The notes under the pieces are model-generated. The model ran no database searches. It saw nothing but the letters and a program-made list of their open reading frames with translations, and had not been told where the DNA came from. Shown one piece after another: positions 36,937 through 45,217 of a DNA stretch of 64,000 nucleotides (its first letter is position 1; each line of letters starts with the position of its first letter). The DNA comes from an uncultured bacterium. Its GTDB lineage: Bacteria > Abyssobacteria > SURF-5. The stretch lies in NCBI GenBank assembly GCA_964607485.1, contig CAZSKP010000001.1, forward strand, positions 32,001 through 96,000, read 5' to 3'. A program made the position numbers and the translations under genes.

Positions 36937-37385
36937 ATGCCATCAATCTGCTCATTGTGGACGACGAAGAACGGCTTCTGGCAACTCATAAGAAGCTCCT
37001 GGACAAGCGCGGGCTAAACACGGCCACGTGTACCAACGGGCTCGATGCGCTGAAGATTCTGAAAGAGCAGCCCATCGACGTCGTGCTCCTCGACGTGAAA
37101 ATGCCCGGAATGGACGGCATGGAGGTCCTGCGCCGAATCAAGCAGGATGCGTCCGGAGTCGAGGTGATTCTGATCACGGGAAATCTGTCCGTCGAATCGG
37201 AGGTCGCGGGGTTGCAGGAGGGAGCGTTCGGCTATTTGAAGAAGCCGGTCACCATTACGGAAATTCAGAAAAAGGTGGAAGAGGCCTTCGTTCACAGGCA
37301 GGCGCGGTCGGGAAACGTCCGTGAAACCGCGCTCCAAGCGACCGACTCAGACCGAGGGCTTCCGCGCACAGAAGAAGGAAACTAG
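36933..37385 (+). CDS. Stand-alone response regulator
   Basis: GTG start overlaps the kinase stop (GTGA); IVDDEE, LDVKMP, ITG, KKP. Confidence 0.9.
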   Translation: MNAINLLIVDDEERLLATHKKLLDKRGLNTATCTNGLDALKILKEQPIDVVLLDVKMPGMDGMEVLRRIKQDASGVEVILITGNLSVESEVAGLQEGAFGYLKKPVTITEIQKKVEEAFVHRQARSGNVRETALQATDSDRGLPRTEEGN

Positions 37386-37406
37386 GAACGGGGGAGTAAG
37401 GGACAC

Positions 37407-39140
37407 ATGGAAACCGCCGATTTCAAAGGCACCCGGATGATGATTCTCAGCAGGGTTCTGCTGGTTCCATTCGTGGCGGTCATGCTCGTGTTCGGCACGC
37501 TCGTCTATTACTTCGCCACCAATCTTCGGAGCCAGGTGGAGGAAAGACTTGCGTACGTCGCCGACGGACACCGCCAGATTATCGAACAGTTTCTGCATGA
37601 ACGATGTTCCGACCTTGAATACGCCGCGAGTTCGCACAGCTTCGAGGAACTCAGCGGTGCCCGACGCCTGGCCGAAGTCTTTGAAGCATTGCAGACGCGG
37701 ACGCAGGCGTTCTTTGACCTGGGACTCTTTGACGCTCAGGGCAACCATGTCGCCTACGTCGGGCCGTATGACCTGAAAGGCAAGAACTATGCACAGGCGG
37801 AGTGGTTTCTCCAGGTTCGGGAAAAGGGACAATACATCTCCGACGTGTTTCTCGGCTATCGCAATATTCCCCACTTCGTCATCGCGGTTCGTCGTGAAGA
37901 ATCCAGCCGCGTCTGGTACCTCCGCGCGACGATAGACACGCTTTTCTTCAACGATCTGGTTGAAAACATCCGCATTGGAAAGACGGGAGAGGCCTACCTT
38001 GTGAACCGTGGGGGAGTGTTCCAGACGCCGAGGCGTTCCGGAGGAGCGTTGATGGGGATCGACCCGGATTACGGCGTTTACCAGGTCCACGAAGGCGCCG
38101 TCGCCTCCTTTGCGGCCGATGACGACGCCGGCTCTCGACATCTCTACGCCACGTGCCGTCTCGCATCCACCGGATGGCTTCTGGTGGTGCGTCAGGAAAT
38201 CGGCGAGGCCTACGCGCCTCTCGTTCGCGCCGTGTTTCTCGCAATCGCAATAATCCTAGCGGGAGGCGTGGTGGTGGTCACGATGGGCTTCCTGCTCGCC
38301 ACCGGCGTCACGAATCAACTGAGCGCCGCCGACATGGAGAGACGCCGAATGGGAAGCCAGTTGATCATTGCGGGCAAGCTCGCCGAGGTCGGCGAGATGA
38401 GCGCCGGACTGGCGCACGAGATCAACAATCCCCTCCAGGTGATGAAATCGGAGGAGGCGCTCGCCGTAGAGATTCTGGACGAAATGAAGGCGAACGGCAA
38501 TCCCGGCCAGGCCGAAAATATCCAGATGGTCCGGGATTGCATAACCCGAATGGGCGGTCAGATTGACCGATGCAAGAGGATAACCCTGGGGCTCCTGAAG
38601 TTTGCCCGCGAATCCGAAGCGGCCATCCAGCAGATAGACCTGAAGCCATTCATGCGAGAGGTCGTCGCGATGGTGGAGCGCAGGGCCGCCGTCGAGAATA
38701 TACACCTTCTGCAGGAATTCGCCCCGGACCTGCCTCGATTTCAGAGCGACCCGGCTCAACTGCAACAGGTGTTCCTCAATCTGCTCAACAACGCCATTGA
38801 CGCGCTTGCCGACAAGAATGAAGGCGAGATACGGGTCACAGCGTCCCGTGGCGATGATGAGGTGGTCATATCGGTGGCGGACAATGGCTGCGGCATCGCC
38901 CCCGAACATATGGAAAAGATATTTCTGCCGTTCTTCACTACGAAACCGGTCGGGCGGGGAACGGGGCTGGGGCTGAGCACGTGTTACGGCATCGTGACGC
39001 GCCTCGGCGGAAGGATTACCGTGAGCAGCGAACCGAATGCGGGGTCGGTTTTCACCCTGCACTTTCCGCTCAGCGATCCTTCCGAGCAGTCCAAAGCGTG
39101 GCTGCCCGCCCGCGAACGAGGACAAGGAGGAGCAACATGA
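37407..39140 (+). CDS. Cache-domain sensor histidine kinase 3 (paralog of kinase 2)
   Basis: Same motifs as 35206-36936; AHEINNPL. Confidence 0.92.
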   Translation: METADFKGTRMMILSRVLLVPFVAVMLVFGTLVYYFATNLRSQVEERLAYVADGHRQIIEQFLHERCSDLEYAASSHSFEELSGARRLAEVFEALQTRTQAFFDLGLFDAQGNHVAYVGPYDLKGKNYAQAEWFLQVREKGQYISDVFLGYRNIPHFVIAVRREESSRVWYLRATIDTLFFNDLVENIRIGKTGEAYLVNRGGVFQTPRRSGGALMGIDPDYGVYQVHEGAVASFAADDDAGSRHLYATCRLASTGWLLVVRQEIGEAYAPLVRAVFLAIAIILAGGVVVVTMGFLLATGVTNQLSAADMERRRMGSQLIIAGKLAEVGEMSAGLAHEINNPLQVMKSEEALAVEILDEMKANGNPGQAENIQMVRDCITRMGGQIDRCKRITLGLLKFARESEAAIQQIDLKPFMREVVAMVERRAAVENIHLLQEFAPDLPRFQSDPAQLQQVFLNLLNNAIDALADKNEGEIRVTASRGDDEVVISVADNGCGIAPEHMEKIFLPFFTTKPVGRGTGLGLSTCYGIVTRLGGRITVSSEPNAGSVFTLHFPLSDPSEQSKAWLPARERGQGGAT

Positions 39141-39589
39141 GCGCATTGCATTTGCTGCTGGTGGATGATGAGGAGCAGTTCCTGTCCACAACCAAGAAGC
39201 TCCTGGAGAAACGCGGCGTCGACACGATCACCTGCACGAACGGGTTCGACGCGTTGGAGATTCTCCGGAAGCGTCGCATCGACGTGGTGGTTCTCGACAT
39301 CAAGATGCCGGGGATCGACGGGATCGACGTGTTGACCAGGATCAAGCGCGATCATCCCGTCGTCGAAGTCATCCTGCTCACCGGCCATGCGTCCGTGGAA
39401 TCGGCGGTGGAGGGGCTGAAACTGGGCGCCTTCGACTACTTGACGAAACCGTCCAAGGTTTCGGAGATCATGGCCAAGGTGGAGGAGGCCTTCGAGAGGA
39501 AAAAGGCCAAGGAGGAGAAGGCCCGGAAGACCAAATTCGACAACATCATCCGTCATCCCATGGCCGTGTATGAAAAAGACGAGGAGTGA
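39137..39589 (+). CDS. Stand-alone response regulator
   Basis: ATGA overlap with the kinase stop; VDDEE, LDIKMP, LTGHA, GAFDYLTKP. Confidence 0.92.
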   Translation: MSALHLLLVDDEEQFLSTTKKLLEKRGVDTITCTNGFDALEILRKRRIDVVVLDIKMPGIDGIDVLTRIKRDHPVVEVILLTGHASVESAVEGLKLGAFDYLTKPSKVSEIMAKVEEAFERKKAKEEKARKTKFDNIIRHPMAVYEKDEE

Positions 39590-39623
39590 CCCTGGTCCGT
39601 GTGGCGCCATCGGAGTGTAACCA

Positions 39624-41471
39624 ATGACCACAGAGAAGCGAAAAGCGACAGGTTACGATAAGTACATCGATTGGAAAATCTTCGTCATTCCCGTGCTGCT
39701 GCTGTTTGCGATCATGTACGCGCCGGCCACCGACGGCATGCGTGATGTGGGAACCGAGTACGGCGTCGGTCCGCAAAAGGTCATCGACTATCTTTCCGAG
39801 CAGATGTTCAAGAGACCGACCGCCGACCTCGACCAGTGGCAGTTGTTGACATGTCGGATCATCGAACAGTCGATGCGCGGCGGCGCGATGGGCCGCGCCA
39901 GGTTCCTGAAACGCGACGAGAAGTGGTGCAGGAGCAACGGCATTCCCGTGGACTCGACGAACCTCGCGCGCGCCAAGGAGTTTGTCGGCGGCATGGATGA
40001 CGACTCGTACCGGGAGCTTCTGATGTCGGCGGCGAAGCTGCGCACCGAGGAGCTGCATTATGAAGGACTCTCCGGGGCCGACCGCAAGCTCGCCGACAAA
40101 GCCACGTGGAAGCTGAAGGTAGCGCTGGCCGTGACGGTGTTCACGGTATTCTGCTTCGTGAGCGGATGCATACCGCTGCCCGCCGTGGCGTTCTGCATCG
40201 GGTTGGCGTTTACGTTCACCGGCGTCGTCTCACGCACCGAGGTGGCGGCGTTCTACTGGAGCGACGCGGTCTGGTTCATCATGGGCAGCCTGATGTTCGC
40301 CTCCGCGTTCGTCAAGACGGGGGTGGACCGCCGCATATGCCTCATGCTGTTCAGCAAGCTGGCCCGGCCGAGCGTCGCGGCCATCACGCTCGTAATGATT
40401 ACCGTCATAGCTCCCGCCGCCTCGTTCATCTCCGACCACGCGCTTGCGGCCATCTTTCTCCCAATCGCCATCATCCTGCATCGCGGCAGTCAGGTGGAGG
40501 GCAACCCTACCGACTTGGAGCTCGGGAAAATGCTCGTGATCACCGTGGCGATGGCATGCAACATCGGCGGCTTCGGCGCGCCGAGCGGCGGGGCTCGCAA
40601 TGTGATCATGATGACCTACCTCGAGGACATGTTCGGGATGGACATCGGGTATTTCACGTGGATGACGTATGCCATGCCGTTCGTGCTCGTCATGATGCCG
40701 CTCACGTGGCTCGCCATCCAATGGCGGTTCAAGCCTGCCACGCGCGACCTCTCCACCGCGATGAGATTCCTCAAAGACGACATCACTCGAATGGGAAGGT
40801 GGAGCCGGCAGCAGGTCGTCACGCTGATTATCTTCGCGGTAATGGTGTGGTTCTGGTTCACCGAGAAATCATTCTTCGATATCGGCATCTATCCCGTCCG
40901 CCTCGGCATCGGCGTGGTTGCCGTGGCCGGGGGAGTCGCATACATCCTGGCTGGTGTGGTCAACTGGCGCGACTATCAAGAAAAGGTTGACTGGGGCGTC
41001 GTATGGCTTTATGCGGGGGCTATCATTTTCGGCAAGGTCCTCGACGAAACGGGCGCCGCCTACTTCATCGCCCGAACGGCCGTGAACGGGCTCGCTCACT
41101 TCGGCATCGCCGCCGGCATTCCGCTCATCGCGATGGCGAGCGTGCTAACCGGATGCATCACGCAGATCATGGCCGACGGACCGGCAGCGGCCGCCGTCGG
41201 GCCAATTACGCTGAATATGGCGGGCATCGTTCATCCGGGCACGGTCATGCTTCCGTTCATGACCATGGCCACCGCCGCGGCTTCGAGCTTCGCCTACTGC
41301 CTGGTCATCGGCACTCCGCCCAATGCGATCGTGTACGCAAGCGGATACCTCGAGCCGAAGGATTACCTCCGGGTCGGTATCCCGGTGTGGTTTCTGTCGA
41401 ACATCGTGCTCTTCCTGTTGGTTGGAGTGTATTGGATGGCCCGGGGATTCGGCGGACTGCCGGGTTTTTAG
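39624..41471 (+). CDS. DASS/SLC13-family transporter
   Basis: KTGVDRRI, CNIGGFGAPSGGARN, VDWGVV, IGTPPNAIVYASG; multi-TM with a large soluble loop after TM1. Confidence 0.9.
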   Translation: MTTEKRKATGYDKYIDWKIFVIPVLLLFAIMYAPATDGMRDVGTEYGVGPQKVIDYLSEQMFKRPTADLDQWQLLTCRIIEQSMRGGAMGRARFLKRDEKWCRSNGIPVDSTNLARAKEFVGGMDDDSYRELLMSAAKLRTEELHYEGLSGADRKLADKATWKLKVALAVTVFTVFCFVSGCIPLPAVAFCIGLAFTFTGVVSRTEVAAFYWSDAVWFIMGSLMFASAFVKTGVDRRICLMLFSKLARPSVAAITLVMITVIAPAASFISDHALAAIFLPIAIILHRGSQVEGNPTDLELGKMLVITVAMACNIGGFGAPSGGARNVIMMTYLEDMFGMDIGYFTWMTYAMPFVLVMMPLTWLAIQWRFKPATRDLSTAMRFLKDDITRMGRWSRQQVVTLIIFAVMVWFWFTEKSFFDIGIYPVRLGIGVVAVAGGVAYILAGVVNWRDYQEKVDWGVVWLYAGAIIFGKVLDETGAAYFIARTAVNGLAHFGIAAGIPLIAMASVLTGCITQIMADGPAAAAVGPITLNMAGIVHPGTVMLPFMTMATAAASSFAYCLVIGTPPNAIVYASGYLEPKDYLRVGIPVWFLSNIVLFLLVGVYWMARGFGGLPGF

Positions 41472-41488
41472 AAAGGGAGGAACCGTTT

Positions 41489-42427
41489 GTGGATAAGGCC
41501 GATGCCATAAGGGTCCTGATCGTTGACGACGAAGAGCGCTTTCGCGCCAACACCGCCGCCATCCTCAATCGGCGCGGCTTTGTAGCGACGGCCGTCGGCA
41601 GCGGGATCGAAGCAATACAGGAGATCAAGAAGCAGCCGTTCGACGTCGTCATCCTCGACGTGAAGATGCCGGGCATGGACGGACACGAGGCGCTGCGCGA
41701 GATCAAGAAAATCCGGCCGGAGCTCGAGGTGATCATGCTCACGGGCCACGGCACGCTCACCTCGGCGCTTGTCAGTCTGCGCGGCGGCGTGTTCGACTAT
41801 CTCGCCAAGCCGTGCGACATCGATGTCCTTGCCGCGAAGGTCCGCAGCGCTTATGCGAAGGAAAAAGGATTGGCGGAAGTGGAGCGTCGCGCGAGAGACA
41901 TCATGGTGCCGCTCTCCTCGTTCAGCGCCGTCCACGACGACCAGACCGTGGCCGGGGCGATTCAGGTGATTCTTCGTTCGTTCAAGACGATCATGAGCAC
42001 GGCGACAGTGCACGAGACGGTGCACCGTTCCACGCTCATACTCGACAGGAACGACAACGTCATCGGCGTGCTCAGTTTTGCCGACCTCCTGCAAGGCCTG
42101 CAGCCCGTCTATATGCGGCTCCTCAAGGAGCGGCCGCCGCTGGCCGACTCTTTGCACCTGGAACCGTTCAGCTATTCAGGAATGTTTACGATTATGGTGC
42201 GCGACCTGGCCAACAAGCGGGTCCGCGACCTGATGTCAGAGGCGCCTCCCGATATCGACGCCGACGCGAACCTGATGGAGGCTGCAAGCCGGCTGTTGGT
42301 GCTGAGAGTGCCGCGGATGCTGGTCATCGAGGGCGGGAAGACAATCGGCGTTCTTCGGGAACAGGACCTCTTCTTCGAGATAGCGAGGATCGTAGGGGAG
42401 CGTGAGGGGGAAGAGAGGGACTCATAG
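41489..42427 (+). CDS. REC-CBS protein, copy 2
   Basis: GTG start with GGGAGG RBS; intact REC; ARDIMVP...IGVLSFAD and VRDLM...IGVLREQD. Confidence 0.9.
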   Translation: MDKADAIRVLIVDDEERFRANTAAILNRRGFVATAVGSGIEAIQEIKKQPFDVVILDVKMPGMDGHEALREIKKIRPELEVIMLTGHGTLTSALVSLRGGVFDYLAKPCDIDVLAAKVRSAYAKEKGLAEVERRARDIMVPLSSFSAVHDDQTVAGAIQVILRSFKTIMSTATVHETVHRSTLILDRNDNVIGVLSFADLLQGLQPVYMRLLKERPPLADSLHLEPFSYSGMFTIMVRDLANKRVRDLMSEAPPDIDADANLMEAASRLLVLRVPRMLVIEGGKTIGVLREQDLFFEIARIVGEREGEERDS

Positions 42428-42498
42428 AAACCACGAACATGAATGGAAGTTCCGTCGACGCCCGGGGCGCCGAAGATTTCGAAAGGAGTGAGAACGCC

Positions 42499-42936
42499 AT
42501 GAGCAAGCAAAAGAACATCCGCGTACTGATCGTGGACGACGAGGAGCGCTTCCGCACGACGGCAACGGCCACGCTCGCAAAGCGCGGTTTCGATGTCAAG
42601 GCGGTGGAGGGCGGAGCCGAGGCGCTCGAAGAGATACGGAAGGATGCGGTCGATGTCGTGGTGCTCGACGTCAAGATGCCCGGCATGGATGGAAACGAGG
42701 CCCTCCGAGAGATGAAGATACTCCGGCCGGACCTCGAGGTGATCATGCTCACCGGTCACGGCACCGTGGACTCGGCCCTCGAAGGATGGCGTGACGAGGC
42801 GTTCGCGTACCTCACAAAGCCGTATGACATGGAATTGCTCGCGGAGAAGATTCGCGACGCATACGGCAAGAAGAAGGGACTGGACGGGACAGTGTGGTAC
42901 TCCGTATGGTCTAAGGACCAGCCTCCCGGACATTGA
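42499..42936 (+). CDS. Stand-alone response regulator
   Basis: AGGAG RBS before ATG 42499; VDDEE, LDVKMP, LTGHG, LTKP. Confidence 0.9.
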   Translation: MSKQKNIRVLIVDDEERFRTTATATLAKRGFDVKAVEGGAEALEEIRKDAVDVVVLDVKMPGMDGNEALREMKILRPDLEVIMLTGHGTVDSALEGWRDEAFAYLTKPYDMELLAEKIRDAYGKKKGLDGTVWYSVWSKDQPPGH

Positions 42937-42990
42937 CCACGCGTCGCCGGCCCGGAAGAGCGGCGGATTGTCCTTATTGGAGCATCGGAC

Positions 42991-43932
42991 ATGGAAAAGG
43001 ACGAAACAGTTCACGTTCTCGTCGTAGACGATGAGGACCGTTTCCGGATCACCACTACGGTCAGCCTCAAGAGGCGCGGGTTTGCCGTCAGAGCCGTGGC
43101 TGGCGGCGACGAAGCCATCGAGGAAGTGAAGAAGGGCGACGTGGATGTCGTAATTCTCGACGTGAAGATGCCCGGCATTGACGGGCACGAGACCCTGCGG
43201 GAGATACGGCGCCTCAGGCCGGGTATTCAGGTGATAATGCTGACCGGATATGGGTCGGTCGGTTCGGCGCTGGAGGGCTGGCACGAGGGAGTGTTTGCGT
43301 ATCTGACGAAGCCGTCGAGCATCGATTTCCTTGCAGAGAGAATCAGGGAGGCGTACGCGAAGAAGAAGGGCGCCCCATGTGAGGAGCGCCGAGTGAAGGA
43401 CATCATGGAGCCGCTGTCGGCGTTCATCAGCACGGTTCGCCGGGACCAGTCGGTAGCCGAAGCCATTCAGGAGATGCACCGTTTCTTTGCACACACCATT
43501 GCGGCCACGAAACGCAAAGAAGCCCTGCTCCGTTCTCTGTTAGTCACGGATGAGCGGAGCAGGGTCATCGGTGTGATCGGTCTCACCGACCTCCTGCGCG
43601 GACTGCAGCCGTCCTGCATGCGGTTGCCCGACGACCGGCCGGCCGCGGCGGATACGACGTACCTCGACCCGTCGAGCTGCCTGGGAAACTTTGCCACGAT
43701 GGTCCGCGGCCTGGCCACGAAGAAGGTCGGGGAACTGATGTCGGAGAGGCCCGCTACCATCGACGCCAATGCCGGTCTCATAGAAGCCACGAACCGGCTC
43801 TTATCGCTCAGGGTCCATAGTCTGTTGGTGATGGATGACGGCGAGGCGGTGGGAGTGGTCAGGGACAAGGACCTGTTTCTGGAAATGGCGAACATCGTGA
43901 GAGAGCGTCCTGCGGAGGCCGGGGCCTCATGA
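42991..43932 (+). CDS. REC-CBS protein, copy 3
   Basis: Intact REC; VKDIMEP...IGVIGLTD and VGELM...VGVVRDKD. Confidence 0.9.
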   Translation: MEKDETVHVLVVDDEDRFRITTTVSLKRRGFAVRAVAGGDEAIEEVKKGDVDVVILDVKMPGIDGHETLREIRRLRPGIQVIMLTGYGSVGSALEGWHEGVFAYLTKPSSIDFLAERIREAYAKKKGAPCEERRVKDIMEPLSAFISTVRRDQSVAEAIQEMHRFFAHTIAATKRKEALLRSLLVTDERSRVIGVIGLTDLLRGLQPSCMRLPDDRPAAADTTYLDPSSCLGNFATMVRGLATKKVGELMSERPATIDANAGLIEATNRLLSLRVHSLLVMDDGEAVGVVRDKDLFLEMANIVRERPAEAGAS

Positions 43933-44017
43933 TGAACCACGGACGCCTCAGGCTCGACCGGCATGGCGTGTCCGACCGTTTCTTGATCGGCCTTTGGCCA
44001 AGAGAGAGGAGCCAACC

Positions 44018-44707
44018 ATGAAAGCGCCGGCGTTCAACAACAAGACCTACCAGGTGGATGCGGGTGGGTTTCTGACGGACCCCGAGCAATGGGACGAGGA
44101 TTTTGCGGCTAGGCTCGCGCCGGAATTAGGAATTCCCCACGGACTGACGGAAGAGCACTGGAAAGTCATCCGCTTCATCCGGGGGACGTATGAGCGAGAA
44201 GGGAGATGCCCGCTGATATTCACGACCTGCAGGGCCAACGACCTTCACCTCAAGGACTTGCAGAAGCTCTTTCCCGCCGGGTACTTGCGAGGGGCCTGCA
44301 AGCTCGCGGGCATCACGTATAAGGAGGCGTGCTTCGCTCCGGGCCTCGTTTCGATAGGAGACCGGACCGCCGCTCCACGAGCCGCCGAGGAGGGCCGCCG
44401 CGCCGTTCCTCCCGTGGCCGAGAAGACCTATACGATAGACACGCAGGGATTCCTCGTGAATCCCGACGACTGGGACCAGCGGTTTGCGCTGCTCAAAGCG
44501 TACGAGATGGGGATTTTGGAGACATTCTCGAACAGGCATTGGGAAGTCATCTACTTCATTCGCGACAGCTATGACGAGAACGGTGTCGTCCCGACGGTGT
44601 ACGAAACCTGCGAGGCAAACAACCTGGACATCGAGAGTCTCGAAAAACTCTTCCCTCACGGGTATCACCGCGGCGCGATCAAGATGGCCGGTCTGAGGGT
44701 CCGATAG
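44018..44707 (+). CDS. Tandem (two-domain) TusE/DsrC/DsvC-family sulfur-relay-like protein
   Basis: Two repeats of D..GFL..P..WD..FA...HW.VI.FIR..Y...P...L.KLFP.GY.RGA.K.AG; GAGGAG RBS before ATG 44018. Confidence 0.88.
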   Translation: MKAPAFNNKTYQVDAGGFLTDPEQWDEDFAARLAPELGIPHGLTEEHWKVIRFIRGTYEREGRCPLIFTTCRANDLHLKDLQKLFPAGYLRGACKLAGITYKEACFAPGLVSIGDRTAAPRAAEEGRRAVPPVAEKTYTIDTQGFLVNPDDWDQRFALLKAYEMGILETFSNRHWEVIYFIRDSYDENGVVPTVYETCEANNLDIESLEKLFPHGYHRGAIKMAGLRVR

Positions 44708-44785
44708 ATGATGCCGTTCCGGGTTCGCGGAACAGAGGGCAGCTTGTCTTCGGAGACATGGAGACAGGAAGGAGGAAGAGTGCAA

Positions 44786-45184
44786 ATGAACGCCCGCAAA
44801 TCCGTGCTTTTCGTCGATGACAACAAGGAGTTTCGAAAAGCGATGAGAAAAGTGTTCGAGAGGTCAGGCTACGCATTCACAGAGGCCTGCGACGGGCTGG
44901 AGGCGCTTGCTCTCCTTTCGCAGAACAGGTTCGACCTCATCCTTTCCGACCTCAGGATGCCTAACCTGGACGGAATGGGACTGATGGAGGAGCTCAGCAG
45001 GCAGGAGCTGGACGTGCCCGTTATCTTCATCACGGCATACGGAGACGTCGAGTCGTACTTGGAGCTGATGAACATGGGCGCTTACGACTACCTTAACAAG
45101 CCCTTCGGCACGGAGGAGATTCTCAGCGTCGTCGGAAGCGCACTCGATACACACAGAACTCCGCTCCACAGCCCGAGCCGCTGA
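44786..45184 (+). CDS. Stand-alone response regulator
   Basis: FVDDN, LSDLRMP, ITAYG, GAYDYLNKP; AGGAGG RBS. Confidence 0.9.
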   Translation: MNARKSVLFVDDNKEFRKAMRKVFERSGYAFTEACDGLEALALLSQNRFDLILSDLRMPNLDGMGLMEELSRQELDVPVIFITAYGDVESYLELMNMGAYDYLNKPFGTEEILSVVGSALDTHRTPLHSPSR

Positions 45185-45217
45185 CCCCCACACGGGCCGG
45201 ACAGCGGGCCCATTTCC

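Noticed and set aside
41003-41488. N-terminal extensions of receiver ORFs (41003, also 36780 and 38981)
   Set aside because: They overlap upstream genes out of frame; starts with RBS or stop/start coupling lie at 41489, 36933 and 39137.
44018-44707. Evidence for dissimilatory sulfate reduction
   Set aside because: There is no dsrAB or dsrMK in the window and no free C-terminal Cys; a DsrC-like fold alone is not diagnostic.
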